Below, in pieces: positions 13,333-23,470 of a DNA stretch of 64,000 bases. The DNA is from Tequatrovirus BCH953P4: sequence record OZ035789.1. One strand, 5' to 3'. The position numbers were made by a program, and so were the translations under genes. Numbering within the stretch: the first letter of the stretch is position 1; each line of letters opens with the position of its first letter. The notes under the pieces were generated by a model. The model was not told where the DNA came from, searched no databases, and saw only the letters and a program-made list of their open reading frames with translations.

Positions 13333-14751
13333 TTATGGATAGGTATAGATGATACCAGTTTCTAAAGCAGTTTTATGAATGATGTATCCATTACGCGATT
13401 CTTGGACATCAACTTCTGGATAGTCTTTCATCATCTTCTGAAGAGTGTAACGATGCAGGTAGTATTTACTATCTGGATCTTCAGTTTTCCAATCTTTACC
13501 TTCTTCAGTCATTTTTTGGATTTCATCCATAACCCACCAACCGCACCAGATGTAAGCTGAGCTACGGTGTGGAAGAGGATGAACATAAGGTAATTCACCT
13601 TCTGGTTCTGGAGCAACTTTATCAGTTACCTGAACTTGACCTTCCGCCGTAATAGTTTTGCTATCATAATCAGCAGCAGTAACAGTTGCAGTAACTTCAA
13701 TAGTTTGACTTCCAATAGATGAGGTATCAACTGTATATACATTAGTTGATCCTTCTACAGGAGAAGAATCTTTCTTCCATGAATATTCAATTTGCGCTTC
13801 TTCTGGAGCATCAGTGACATTAGCAGTAAATGTAGCCGAAGCATCTTGCTGAACGTTAATAGAAGGAGGAGTCAATGTAACCTGTGGATTCATTGTCTTC
13901 TTATTAACCGTTAATGATACTTCATTAGAAGTAACTGTTTTTGCGTCATAATCTGTTGCTGTTACTTGGGCTACGCATTTAATTCTTTTTACTCCACTTG
14001 TAGTTGGAGTATAGCTAAATGTAGAGTTAGTTTCTCCACCAACTTGTGAATCATCTACATACCACTGATACGTAGCAGATGCTCCATCAGGTTGAGAAGC
14101 TAAGGCAGCAGTAAATTGAACTGGGGTTCCGATAACTCCCGCTGAAGGACTATCGGGAGTTACTGCTAAGGTAGTTGTCTGTGTCTTTTTATTAACAGTC
14201 AGCGACACTTCATTAGAAGTAACTTCTTTTGCATCATAATCTGTCGCGGTTACTTGAGCCACACACTTAATTGTTTTAACTCCGCTTGTGGTAGGAGTGT
14301 AATTGAATGTAGCAGAAGTTGCTTCGCCCACAGGAGAACCGTCAACGTGCCATTGATACGTAGCAGATGCACCTGGTGGCTGCGAAGCTAAGGCAGCGGT
14401 AAATTCAACAGCTGTTCCAATCACTCCAGCAGCAGGACTATCAGGAGTTACTGCCAAGGTAGTTGTCTGAGTTTTATTTTGAACTGTGATAGTAGTTGAC
14501 GCTTGAGCTGTTTCAGCTTCAGTATCAGGAACTGGATTTGTTGCAACTACCTTAATAGTCTTTTGACCGGCAGGACCTTTTAGTACATAACTAAAAGTTG
14601 CAGACGTTTCTTCCTGTGGTGCATCATCAACAGTCCAAGCATATGTAATAGGTCCATCTCCAGTTTGACCACTGGGTGTGGCAGTAAACTGCTGAGTCTG
14701 ATCTATAACTCCAGTAGGTGTTTTAGGAGTTATATCAACTGTAAAAGCCAT
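13333..14751 (-). CDS. hoc: Highly immunogenic outer capsid protein Hoc, with an extra Ig-like domain
   Basis: 472 aa vs 376 aa remembered for T4; N- and C-terminal regions match T4 Hoc; internal ~96-aa domain present twice. Confidence 0.9.
   Translation of the reverse strand: MAFTVDITPKTPTGVIDQTQQFTATPSGQTGDGPITYAWTVDDAPQEETSATFSYVLKGPAGQKTIKVVATNPVPDTEAETAQASTTITVQNKTQTTTLAVTPDSPAAGVIGTAVEFTAALASQPPGASATYQWHVDGSPVGEATSATFNYTPTTSGVKTIKCVAQVTATDYDAKEVTSNEVSLTVNKKTQTTTLAVTPDSPSAGVIGTPVQFTAALASQPDGASATYQWYVDDSQVGGETNSTFSYTPTTSGVKRIKCVAQVTATDYDAKTVTSNEVSLTVNKKTMNPQVTLTPPSINVQQDASATFTANVTDAPEEAQIEYSWKKDSSPVEGSTNVYTVDTSSIGSQTIEVTATVTAADYDSKTITAEGQVQVTDKVAPEPEGELPYVHPLPHRSSAYIWCGWWVMDEIQKMTEEGKDWKTEDPDSKYYLHRYTLQKMMKDYPEVDVQESRNGYIIHKTALETGIIYTYP
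13891..14178. repeat. hoc internal tandem direct repeat, copy B (approx.)
   Basis: ~288 bp unit encoding one Ig-like domain (TLAVTPDSP...SLTVNKKT), ~85% identical to adjacent copy. Confidence 0.8.
14179..14466. repeat. hoc internal tandem direct repeat, copy A (approx.)
   Basis: second copy of the ~288 bp Ig-domain unit, in frame. Confidence 0.8.
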
Positions 14752-14760
14752 AAGTTATCC

Positions 14761-15441
14761 TTATTTTAATGTTACGAAAGAAGAATTGCGTGTTTCACGA
14801 ATTAAAACTGATCCGTCACGGTTAATGTAATAAATTAAGCTAAATAATGTTTGGTGTGCAGAAGCATGCTCAAAACTAGTTGGGTGAGATTTCCAATCCG
14901 GAGTTTCAGCAATCCATTGATAAATCCACCAAGGAACAGTGCAGAATCCTGGATTTTTTCCAATCAGCTGAAGATTTGGGCTAAAGTTTTCCGGAAGAGT
15001 AAATACAGACGGCTTTTCAGATTCAATAATCTCAGCTACAGCCTGTTCAAATTTTTCTTCAACAAAAGGAGTATCTTCAATCAAAACATCGGTATTTTCA
15101 GGAATTTTATCCTTTTCTACTACTTCAATTTTAATGTCAGATTTAACCGGAGAATCAATCAGAAGTGCTGCTTCTGGATTGACTTCTTCATCGTCATATT
15201 TTAATCCCTCTGCGGCATCAGCAGCATCAATTAAGTCTTTAATAGATAACCCATCAGTCTCTGGCATAGGTTCACTAGCGAGCTTCTGGAGGGCTTCTTC
15301 AATATCAACAACGATATTATCAAAAGATTTATTCTTTTTGACCTTTATACCAAACTGTTCAGCATATTCAGCTAATTTAGCTTTAGCTTCTTTATTATCA
15401 TCAAGAGCCTTCAGCTCTGCAATATAATCTTTATCTATCAT
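14761..15441 (-). CDS. inh: Putative inhibitor of prohead protease (Inh)
   Basis: 226 aa, position downstream of hoc as in T4. Confidence 0.7.
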   Translation of the reverse strand: MIDKDYIAELKALDDNKEAKAKLAEYAEQFGIKVKKNKSFDNIVVDIEEALQKLASEPMPETDGLSIKDLIDAADAAEGLKYDDEEVNPEAALLIDSPVKSDIKIEVVEKDKIPENTDVLIEDTPFVEEKFEQAVAEIIESEKPSVFTLPENFSPNLQLIGKNPGFCTVPWWIYQWIAETPDWKSHPTSFEHASAHQTLFSLIYYINRDGSVLIRETRNSSFVTLK

Positions 15442-15454
15442 AATATTTCCTCAG

Positions 15455-15462
15455 TATAAATA
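15455..15462 (+). promoter_or_regulatory. Late promoter TATAAATA for uvsW
   Basis: exact motif ~30 nt upstream of uvsW ATG. Confidence 0.6.
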
Positions 15463-15491
15463 TAGATATATTTATTACATGGTATTTAGAC

Positions 15492-17003
15492 ATGACTGAC
15501 ATTAAAGTACATTTTTATGATTTTAGTCACGTGAGAATTGATTGTGAAGAAAGTACATTTCATGAACTCCGTGATTTCTTTTCGTTTGAGGCAGATGGAT
15601 ATAGGTTTAATCCTCGCTTCAGATATGGCAACTGGGATGGACGAATCCGTCTTTTAGATTATAATCGTCTTCTTCCATTCGGCTTAGTCGGGCAAATTAA
15701 AAAGTTCTGTGATAACTTTGGCTATAAAGCCTGGATTGACCCACAAATTAACGAAAAAGAAGAATTATCAAGAAAAGATTTTGATGAATGGCTTTCTAAA
15801 TTAGAAATCTATTCAGGAAATAAAAGAATTGAACCACACTGGTATCAAAAAGATGCAGTGTTCGAAGGATTAGTTAATCGTCGTAGAATTCTTAATCTTC
15901 CAACATCTGCAGGTAAATCTTTAATTCAAGCTTTGCTTGCGCGATATTATTTGGAAAATTATGAAGGTAAAATTCTTATCATTGTTCCAACAACTGCTCT
16001 GACAACTCAGATGGCTGATGACTTCGTCGACTATCGTTTATTCAGCCATGCAATGATAAAGAAAATTGGCGGCGGAGCATCAAAAGATGATAAATATAAA
16101 AATGATGCACCAGTCGTTGTTGGTACATGGCAAACTGTAGTAAAACAACCAAAAGAATGGTTCTCACAGTTTGGAATGATGATGAATGATGAATGTCATC
16201 TTGCTACAGGAAAAAGTATTTCATCTATCATATCAGGTTTAAATAACTGCATGTTCAAATTCGGTTTGTCTGGTTCATTACGTGATGGCAAAGCCAATAT
16301 CATGCAGTATGTTGGAATGTTTGGTGAAATATTTAAGCCAGTAACGACTTCTAAATTAATGGAAGATGGACAAGTAACTGAGCTAAAAATTAATAGTATT
16401 TTTCTTCGCTATCCCGATGAGTTCACTACTAAATTAAAGGGAAAAACTTACCAAGAAGAAATAAAAATTATTACTGGGCTCAGTAAAAGAAATAAATGGA
16501 TCGCTAAATTAGCTATTAAGCTTGCGCAAAAAGATGAAAACGCTTTTGTCATGTTTAAACATGTATCACATGGTAAAGCTATTTTCGATTTAATTAAAAA
16601 TGAATACGATAAAGTTTATTACGTATCAGGGGAAGTTGATACCGAAACCCGCAATATAATGAAAACCTTAGCTGAAAACGGTAAAGGAATAATTATAGTA
16701 GCTAGTTATGGTGTATTTTCTACTGGTATTTCAGTTAAAAATCTGCATCACGTTGTTTTAGCGCATGGTGTTAAATCAAAAATCATTGTATTACAAACAA
16801 TCGGTCGTGTATTACGTAAGCACGGTTCTAAGACAATAGCAACTGTCTGGGACCTCATAGATGATTGTGGTGTTAAGCCAAAATCTGCTAATACGAAAAA
16901 GAAATATGTTCATTTGAACTATCTTTTAAAACACGGCATTGATCGTATTCAGCGCTACGCAGATGAAAAATTTAATTACGTAATGAAAACAGTTAATTTA
17001 TAA
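15492..17003 (+). CDS. uvsW: UvsW DNA/RNA helicase
   Basis: 503 aa; Walker A PTSAGKS, DExH box MNDECH; TATAAATA ~30 nt upstream. Confidence 0.95.
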   Translation: MTDIKVHFYDFSHVRIDCEESTFHELRDFFSFEADGYRFNPRFRYGNWDGRIRLLDYNRLLPFGLVGQIKKFCDNFGYKAWIDPQINEKEELSRKDFDEWLSKLEIYSGNKRIEPHWYQKDAVFEGLVNRRRILNLPTSAGKSLIQALLARYYLENYEGKILIIVPTTALTTQMADDFVDYRLFSHAMIKKIGGGASKDDKYKNDAPVVVGTWQTVVKQPKEWFSQFGMMMNDECHLATGKSISSIISGLNNCMFKFGLSGSLRDGKANIMQYVGMFGEIFKPVTTSKLMEDGQVTELKINSIFLRYPDEFTTKLKGKTYQEEIKIITGLSKRNKWIAKLAIKLAQKDENAFVMFKHVSHGKAIFDLIKNEYDKVYYVSGEVDTETRNIMKTLAENGKGIIIVASYGVFSTGISVKNLHHVVLAHGVKSKIIVLQTIGRVLRKHGSKTIATVWDLIDDCGVKPKSANTKKKYVHLNYLLKHGIDRIQRYADEKFNYVMKTVNL

Positions 17004-17016
17004 GGGCTTCGGCCCT

Positions 17017-17259
17017 TTGGAGAAAAAGATGTTACTAGAATTTAAACAATTTCTTTATGAAGCTTCTATTGATGAATTTATGGGTAAAATTGCCTCTTGT
17101 CAAACATTAGAAGGTCTAGAAGAACTTGAAGCTTATTATAAGAAAAGAGTCAAAGAAACTGAATTAAAAGATACTGATGACATCTCAGTCAGAGATGCTT
17201 TGGCAGGAAAAAGAGCTGAATTAGAAGATTCAGACGATGAAGTAGAAGAAAGCTTTTAA
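17017..17259 (+). CDS. uvsW.1: UvsW.1 small helicase-associated protein
   Basis: 80 aa acidic ORF immediately after uvsW. Confidence 0.75.
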   Translation: MEKKMLLEFKQFLYEASIDEFMGKIASCQTLEGLEELEAYYKKRVKETELKDTDDISVRDALAGKRAELEDSDDEVEESF

Positions 17260-17315
17260 ATTAAAAAAAGGCCCAACCAAAAAGGAAGGGCCAAAACTAT
17301 AGACTAAAGGTCACA

Positions 17316-17483
17316 CTATAGCAAAAGTTGTGTTTCATTTAATTGTTCTTCCGAACTTTCTGAAACTGGTAGTTCTTTAATGTAATTATAGCAAGGCCCA
17401 GGATGTACAGGACCTTTGTCTGTTTCAACAACCAATGCAGAATCGATTGGAGTTTTACAGACAACACAAATCTTATCTGACAT
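17316..17483 (-). CDS. Small Cys-rich ORF (55 aa, not in the ORF track)
   Basis: ATG-initiated MSDKICVVCKTP...HPGPCYNY with CxxC...C pattern; coordinates approximate. Confidence 0.4.
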   Translation of the reverse strand: MSDKICVVCKTPIDSALVVETDKGPVHPGPCYNYIKELPVSESSEEQLNETQLLL

Positions 17484-17511
17484 GATTGTCTCCTCTGAAT
17501 TATATATCTAT

Positions 17512-17736
17512 TTATACAACTCTCATATGCATATCAATGCCCATATCTTTAGAATAAAAATATTCATCAAGATATCCGGCAAATTTTCCTTTAATATAAA
17601 GGACATCTTCACCACATGGGTGGTCGGCCAGGATACGAATATCCTGACGCTTAAGATTATACTTTTTCATTAAGAATTGAATTTCCGTTTCAAATTCTTC
17701 TTCATAATTAAAAGCATCATCAATGCTATATCTCAT
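17512..17736 (-). CDS. Hypothetical protein upstream of uvsY (uvsY.-1/-2 position)
   Basis: 74 aa ORF abutting uvsY start. Confidence 0.6.
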   Translation of the reverse strand: MRYSIDDAFNYEEEFETEIQFLMKKYNLKRQDIRILADHPCGEDVLYIKGKFAGYLDEYFYSKDMGIDMHMRVV

Positions 17737-18149
17737 TATTTTCCAGCCTCAAATGCTCGCATGTCTTGAATATGCTTAATAGCAAATCCACGTGATTTAA
17801 TAGCATCAAGAGCTCCGCTACAGAAATCCAATAAAATTCCCCAATATTGTAATGAAGTATCAACCTTTAAAACATCCTTATCAGCTGATAGAACTGTCTT
17901 CATTTCTGATTTCTCGTAACGATCCATACTAAATTCATCACCATCTCCTCGTCCCGAGTAGTAGTCTAATCTAGCTTTAAGAGCAACTTTTTTCTGTGCA
18001 TCAATTCTAAGCATTTCCTTTTTAATACTTGAATGCTTATTAAGCCATTTACTATATAACATCACATTATTAGCTGCTTCATACTGTAATTTAGTCGAAT
18101 CTATAAACACATCTTTCTTCAATTCTTCTTGAAGATCTTCTAATCTCAT
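17736..18149 (-). CDS. uvsY: UvsY recombination mediator
   Basis: 137 aa; sequence recognised as T4 UvsY. Confidence 0.95.
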   Translation of the reverse strand: MRLEDLQEELKKDVFIDSTKLQYEAANNVMLYSKWLNKHSSIKKEMLRIDAQKKVALKARLDYYSGRGDGDEFSMDRYEKSEMKTVLSADKDVLKVDTSLQYWGILLDFCSGALDAIKSRGFAIKHIQDMRAFEAGK

Positions 18150-18184
18150 ATTGTTCTCTATTCAATTGTTATTGGATGGACTTA

Positions 18185-18225
18185 GATTCATTATACCACG
18201 TTTTAACGTGAAGCATTATACCCTA
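18185..18225 (-). promoter_or_regulatory. Putative MotA-dependent middle promoter of uvsY
   Basis: coding strand reads ATGCTTCA (MotA box-like) then CACGTTAAAACGTG palindrome then TATAAT; approx. coordinates. Confidence 0.6.
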
Positions 18226-18614
18226 TTACTCGAAGCCAGTTGCAGTTTTATCTGCTCAATATCATCAGGGTTATCGATGACTGAAAAGCGTATTTCTACT
18301 ATCAGAGTATAATCATCATAAACCGGTATTACATTAACTGCTAATTTATCAATACGCGGCTCGTAGTTTCTTATTGCGCTTTCGATATTGCGCTCAACAG
18401 TATCAGCAGTAAGAGGAGTCATATTCTCAAAAAGTTGATCAGATAAATCGCATCCAAATTCTGGGTCAAATGGTCTCGACCCTTTCCTGGTTGTAATAAT
18501 TCCTAAAAGGCTATTTTTAATTGACCTTAATCCAAGAGATCTTGAAACATCTTTGTCCCAATCCATTTTCATTTCTGGGTCAATGTCAGAATAAAGCTTA
18601 TTAATATTTGCCAT
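18216..18614 (-). CDS. 25: Baseplate wedge protein gp25
   Basis: 132 aa, sequence recognised. Confidence 0.93.
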   Translation of the reverse strand: MANINKLYSDIDPEMKMDWDKDVSRSLGLRSIKNSLLGIITTRKGSRPFDPEFGCDLSDQLFENMTPLTADTVERNIESAIRNYEPRIDKLAVNVIPVYDDYTLIVEIRFSVIDNPDDIEQIKLQLASSNRV

Positions 18615-19240
18615 TACAATAGCTCAAAGAATTCTTTGAGTCCTCTTATTACATGAGCGTGAGTTTTTCCACACTCTGGACACTTAATTGGAACAGCCAA
18701 ATAAACAGTAGGCTTTAAAAGCATATCTTTTATAGCTACAATATCTGACTCTGTGATGATAGAATATAAATCTTCCAATTCTTTTTCATTTAAGTCTTCA
18801 ACTGGAATGCTTTCACCATTAGCATGAATCGTTTCTATACATGATACTATCATGTGGGCTATATTTTTATCATCAAAAATTTTAGGGTAATGGAACTTAA
18901 TTTTAATGTCACCCAGTGTATACCAGAGGTCTTCTGGTGCATCTATTTGTGTATGTAATAGATTTATATGGGTTGGTATTTCAGTTCCACAGGTGCACTT
19001 CCAGGAGTTTTCGTGATTAACTTCTCCAAGAGAATGTGCCCATAAATGAATCAGCAGTAGTTCTGATTCTTGGCGGTTTAAATCTTTTGCATTTGTACAG
19101 TCTTTGATTAGCTTTTTAACGATCTCTTCTACTGAACCGTTCTTTTTAGCAGTAATAAGTTCTAGATATTCTTTAAGAGTAAATGCGCGACAGTTGATTA
19201 TTTTAGAACCAACTCTCACATCAAATTTGTATTCATACAT
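18614..19240 (-). CDS. 26: Baseplate hub protein gp26
   Basis: 208 aa, synteny. Confidence 0.88.
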   Translation of the reverse strand: MYEYKFDVRVGSKIINCRAFTLKEYLELITAKKNGSVEEIVKKLIKDCTNAKDLNRQESELLLIHLWAHSLGEVNHENSWKCTCGTEIPTHINLLHTQIDAPEDLWYTLGDIKIKFHYPKIFDDKNIAHMIVSCIETIHANGESIPVEDLNEKELEDLYSIITESDIVAIKDMLLKPTVYLAVPIKCPECGKTHAHVIRGLKEFFELL

Positions 19241-19261
19241 ATTTAGCTCCTTTATTTATCA

Positions 19262-19273
19262 TATTTATAAATA
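19262..19273. promoter_or_regulatory. Palindromic TATTTATAAATA: overlapping divergent late promoters for genes 26 and 51
   Basis: TATAAATA readable on both strands between divergent late genes. Confidence 0.6.
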
Positions 19274-19290
19274 GAATAAAAGGAGCATCT

Positions 19291-20040
19291 ATGGCAAACA
19301 TTATTCGTTGTAAATTACCAGATGGTGTTCATCGTTTTAAACCATTTACGGTAGAAGATTATCGAGATTTTTTGTTAGTTCGAAACGATATAGAACATCG
19401 GTCACCACAAGAACAAAAAGAAATAATTACTGATTTAATTGATGATTATTTTGGAGACTATCCGAAGACTTGGCAACCATTTATATTTTTGCAGGTATTT
19501 GTAGGGTCGATAGGTAAAACTAAAGTACCGGTCACATTTGTATGTCCAAAATGTAAAAAAGAAAAGACAGTTCCATTTGAAATATATCAAAAAGAATTAA
19601 AGGAACCTGTTTTTGATGTAGCTAATGTTAAAATTAAATTAAAGTTTCCTTCTGAGTTTTATGAAAATAAAGCAAAGATGATTACTGAAAATATTCATTC
19701 TGTTCAAGTAGATGAAATATGGTATGATTGGAAGGAAATTAGTGAATCAAGCCAAATAGAACTTGTTGATGCCATCGAGATAGAAACATTAGAAAAAATT
19801 CTCGATGCAATGAATCCTATTAATTTAACTCTACATATGTCATGCTGTAATAAGTACATTAAAAAATACACTGATATAGTAGACGTGTTTAAGCTATTAG
19901 TTAACCCAGATGAGATATTTACTTTTTATCAAATTAATCACACACTCGTAAAAAGTAATTATAGCTTAAATTCAATAATGAAAATGATTCCTGCCGAGCG
20001 CGGATTCGTATTAAAACTGATTGAGAAGGATAAACAATAA
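19291..20040 (+). CDS. 51: Baseplate hub assembly catalyst gp51
   Basis: 249 aa, synteny. Confidence 0.88.
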   Translation: MANIIRCKLPDGVHRFKPFTVEDYRDFLLVRNDIEHRSPQEQKEIITDLIDDYFGDYPKTWQPFIFLQVFVGSIGKTKVPVTFVCPKCKKEKTVPFEIYQKELKEPVFDVANVKIKLKFPSEFYENKAKMITENIHSVQVDEIWYDWKEISESSQIELVDAIEIETLEKILDAMNPINLTLHMSCCNKYIKKYTDIVDVFKLLVNPDEIFTFYQINHTLVKSNYSLNSIMKMIPAERGFVLKLIEKDKQ

Positions 20041-21212
20041 TGAGTATGTTGCAACGCCCCGGATATCCAAATCTCAGCGTTAAATTATTTGATAGCTACG
20101 ACGCTTGGAGTAATAATAGATTTGTTGAATTAGCTGCTACTATTACCACATTAACTATGCGGGATTCTCTTTATGGACGAAATGAAGGAATGCTGCAGTT
20201 TTATGATTCTAAAAATATCCACACAAAAATGGATGGAAATGAAATAATTCAAATTTCTGTAGCTAATGCAAACGATATTAATAATGTTAAAACACGAATT
20301 TATGGATGCAAGCATTTTTCCGTGTCAGTAGATTCAAAAGGCGATAACATCATTGCTATTGAATTGGGAACTATTCATTCTATAGAAAATCTTAAATTTG
20401 GTAGACCATTTTTCCCTGATGCAGGTGAATCTATAAAAGAAATGCTTGGCGTCATTTATCAGGATCGCACATTATTAACTCCAGCAATAAATGCTATAAA
20501 TGCTTATGTTCCTGATATTCCATGGACTAGCACATTTGAAAACTATTTGTCATATGTAAGAGAAGTTGCTCTAGCTGTAGGAAGCGACAAATTTGTATTT
20601 GTGTGGCAAGACATCATGGGAGTTAACATGATGGACTATGATATGATGATAAATCAAGAACCATATCCAATGATTGTCGGTGAGCCGTCTTTAATAGGTC
20701 AATTCATCCAAGAATTAAAATATCCATTAGCATATGATTTCGTTTGGTTGACTAAATCGAATCCTTACAAACGTGACCCAATGAAAAATGCTACTATCTA
20801 TGCGCATTCATTTTTAGATTCTTCATTGCCAATGATTACTACAGGAAAGGGTGAAAACTCTATTGTAGTGTCAAGGTCAGGTGCTTATTCTGAAATGACT
20901 TATAGGAATGGATATGAAGAAGCTATTCGTCTTCAAACTATGGCACAATATGACGGCTATGCTAAATGTTCTACTGTCGGTAATTTTAACTTGACTCCTG
21001 GCGTTAAAATTATTTTTAATGATAGTAAAAACCAATTTAAAACAGAATTTTACGTTGATGAAGTTATCCATGAATTATCCAATAATAATTCAGTAACTCA
21101 TCTATATATGTTCACTAATGCAACGAAACTGGAAACAATAGACCCAGTTAAGGTTAAAAATGAATTTAAATCTGATACTACCACTGAAGAAAGTAGTTCT
21201 TCCAATAAGTAA
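20040..21212 (+). CDS. 27: Baseplate hub protein gp27
   Basis: 390 aa, synteny. Confidence 0.92.
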   Translation: MSMLQRPGYPNLSVKLFDSYDAWSNNRFVELAATITTLTMRDSLYGRNEGMLQFYDSKNIHTKMDGNEIIQISVANANDINNVKTRIYGCKHFSVSVDSKGDNIIAIELGTIHSIENLKFGRPFFPDAGESIKEMLGVIYQDRTLLTPAINAINAYVPDIPWTSTFENYLSYVREVALAVGSDKFVFVWQDIMGVNMMDYDMMINQEPYPMIVGEPSLIGQFIQELKYPLAYDFVWLTKSNPYKRDPMKNATIYAHSFLDSSLPMITTGKGENSIVVSRSGAYSEMTYRNGYEEAIRLQTMAQYDGYAKCSTVGNFNLTPGVKIIFNDSKNQFKTEFYVDEVIHELSNNNSVTHLYMFTNATKLETIDPVKVKNEFKSDTTTEESSSSNK

Positions 21213-21693
21213 TAAAGAAGTTTCTATTCCTAAAATGGGTCTTAAACATTATAATATTTTAAAAGATGTTAAAGGTCCTGATGAAAATTTAAAACTTCTT
21301 ATTGATTCTATTTGTCCGAATTTATCACCGGCAGAAGTTGATTTCGTTTCTATTCATTTATTGGAATTTAATGGAAAGATTAAATCTCGTAAAGAAATAG
21401 ATGGTTATACTTATGACATTAATGATGTTTATGTATGCCAAAGATTAGAATTTCAATACCAAGGAAATACATTTTATTTTAGACCTCCTGGAAAATTTGA
21501 ACAATTTTTAACGGTGAGCGATATGTTATCCAAATGCTTGCTTAAGGTCAATGATGAAGTTAAAGAAATTAATTTTCTTGAGATGCCAGCATTCGTTTTA
21601 AAATGGGCAAATGATATTTTTACAACTTTAGCAATTCCTGGCCCTAATGGTCCAATAACCGGAATTGGCAATATTATTGGATTATTTGAATGA
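21160..21693 (+). CDS. 28: Baseplate hub distal subunit gp28
   Basis: 177 aa; overlaps 3' end of gene 27. Confidence 0.85.
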   Translation: MNLNLILPLKKVVLPISNKEVSIPKMGLKHYNILKDVKGPDENLKLLIDSICPNLSPAEVDFVSIHLLEFNGKIKSRKEIDGYTYDINDVYVCQRLEFQYQGNTFYFRPPGKFEQFLTVSDMLSKCLLKVNDEVKEINFLEMPAFVLKWANDIFTTLAIPGPNGPITGIGNIIGLFE

Positions 21694-23462
21694 AAAAGCC
21701 ACAAGAAATGCAAACGATGCGTAGAAAAGTTATTTCAGATAATAAACCAACACAGGAAGCGGCTAAATCCGCTTCTAACACTTTATCTGGACTTAACGAT
21801 ATATCTACGAAATTGGATGATGCTCAAGCTGCTTCTGAATTAATTGCTCAAACTGTCGAAGAAAAATCGAATGAAATAATTGGAGCAATTGACAATGTAG
21901 AAAGCGCAGTGAGTGATACTACTGCTGGTTCTGAGTTAATTGCTGAAACTGTCGAAATTGGCAATAATATTAATAAAGAAATCGGTGAATCGCTCGGAAG
22001 TAAATTAGATAAATTAACGAGTTTACTCGAGCAAAAAATCCAGACAGCCGGAATTCAACAAACAGGAACTAGTTTAGCTACGGTTGAAAGCGCTATTCCT
22101 GTTAAAGTTGTTGAGGACGATACAGCTGAATCTGTGGGTCCTTTATTACCGGCTCCTGAAGCAGTTAATAATGATCCTGATGCTGATTTTTTCCCTACCC
22201 CTCAGCCAGTTGAACCTAAACAAGAATCGCCAGAAGAAAAACAGAAAAAAGACGCATTTAACTTAAAATTATCTCAAGCTTTAGATAAATTAACAAAGAC
22301 TGTTGATTTTGGATTTAAGAAATCCATTTCAATTACTGATAAAATATCAAGCATGCTATTTAAGTATACCGTTAGTGCTGCTATTGAAGCTGCTAAAATG
22401 ACTGCAATGATATTGGCTGTTGTTGTTGGAATAGATCTGCTGATGGTTCATTTCAAATATTGGTCAGATAAATTTTCGCAGGCTTGGGATTTGTTTAGTA
22501 CAGACTTTACTAAATTCTCTAGCGAAACCGGAACATGGGGTCCTTTATTACAGAGCATCTTTAGTTCTATTGATGAAATTAAAAAATTCTGGGAAGAGGG
22601 AGATTGGGGCGGTTTGACGGTAGCTATTGTAGAAGGGCTTGGAAAGGTTCTTTATAATTTAGGAGAACTTATTCAGCTTGGAATGGCTAAATTATCTGCT
22701 GCAATTCTTCGAGTCATTCCTGGCATGAAGGATACCGCTGATGAAGTAGAAGGAAGAGCACTAGAAAATTTCCAAAATTCTACTGGAGCATCTCTCAATA
22801 AAGAAGACCAGGAAAAAGTTGCAAATTATCAAGATAAACGAATGAACGGAGACCTTGGTCCGATAGCAAAAGGATTAGATAAAATTGCTAATTGGAAAAC
22901 TCGTGCATCTAACTGGATTCGTGGCGTTGATAATAAAGAAGCATTGACAACCGATGAAGAACGCGCAGCAGAAGAAGAAAAATTAAAGCAACTTTCACCT
23001 GAAGAAAGAAAAAATGCTTTAATGAAGGCTAATGAAGCCCGTGCCGCGATGATTCGTTTTGAAAAATATGCTGATTCAGCTGATATGAGTAAAGACTCAA
23101 CGGTTAAATCAGTTGAAGCTGCCTATGAAGACCTTAAAAAACGGATGGATGACCCGGATTTAAATAATTCACCGGCAGTTAAAAAAGAACTTGCTGCTAG
23201 ATTTTCTAAAATTGATGCTACTTATCAAGAGCTCAAGAAAAATCAGCCTAATGCCAAACCTGAAACTTCTGCTAAATCGCCAGAAGCAAAACAAGTCCAG
23301 GTAATAGAAAAGAACAAAGCACAGCAAGCTCCTGTTCAACAAGCATCTCCTTCGATCAATAATACTAATAATGTTATTAAGAAAAATACTGTCGTTCATA
23401 ATATGACACCCGTAACGAGCACGACTGCTCCTGGTGTATTTGATGCGACTGGAGTTAATTAA
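21690..23462 (+). CDS. 29: Baseplate hub / tail length determinator gp29
   Basis: 590 aa, synteny. Confidence 0.92.
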   Translation: MKKPQEMQTMRRKVISDNKPTQEAAKSASNTLSGLNDISTKLDDAQAASELIAQTVEEKSNEIIGAIDNVESAVSDTTAGSELIAETVEIGNNINKEIGESLGSKLDKLTSLLEQKIQTAGIQQTGTSLATVESAIPVKVVEDDTAESVGPLLPAPEAVNNDPDADFFPTPQPVEPKQESPEEKQKKDAFNLKLSQALDKLTKTVDFGFKKSISITDKISSMLFKYTVSAAIEAAKMTAMILAVVVGIDLLMVHFKYWSDKFSQAWDLFSTDFTKFSSETGTWGPLLQSIFSSIDEIKKFWEEGDWGGLTVAIVEGLGKVLYNLGELIQLGMAKLSAAILRVIPGMKDTADEVEGRALENFQNSTGASLNKEDQEKVANYQDKRMNGDLGPIAKGLDKIANWKTRASNWIRGVDNKEALTTDEERAAEEEKLKQLSPEERKNALMKANEARAAMIRFEKYADSADMSKDSTVKSVEAAYEDLKKRMDDPDLNNSPAVKKELAARFSKIDATYQELKKNQPNAKPETSAKSPEAKQVQVIEKNKAQQAPVQQASPSINNTNNVIKKNTVVHNMTPVTSTTAPGVFDATGVN

Positions 23463-23470
23463 GGAATAAT

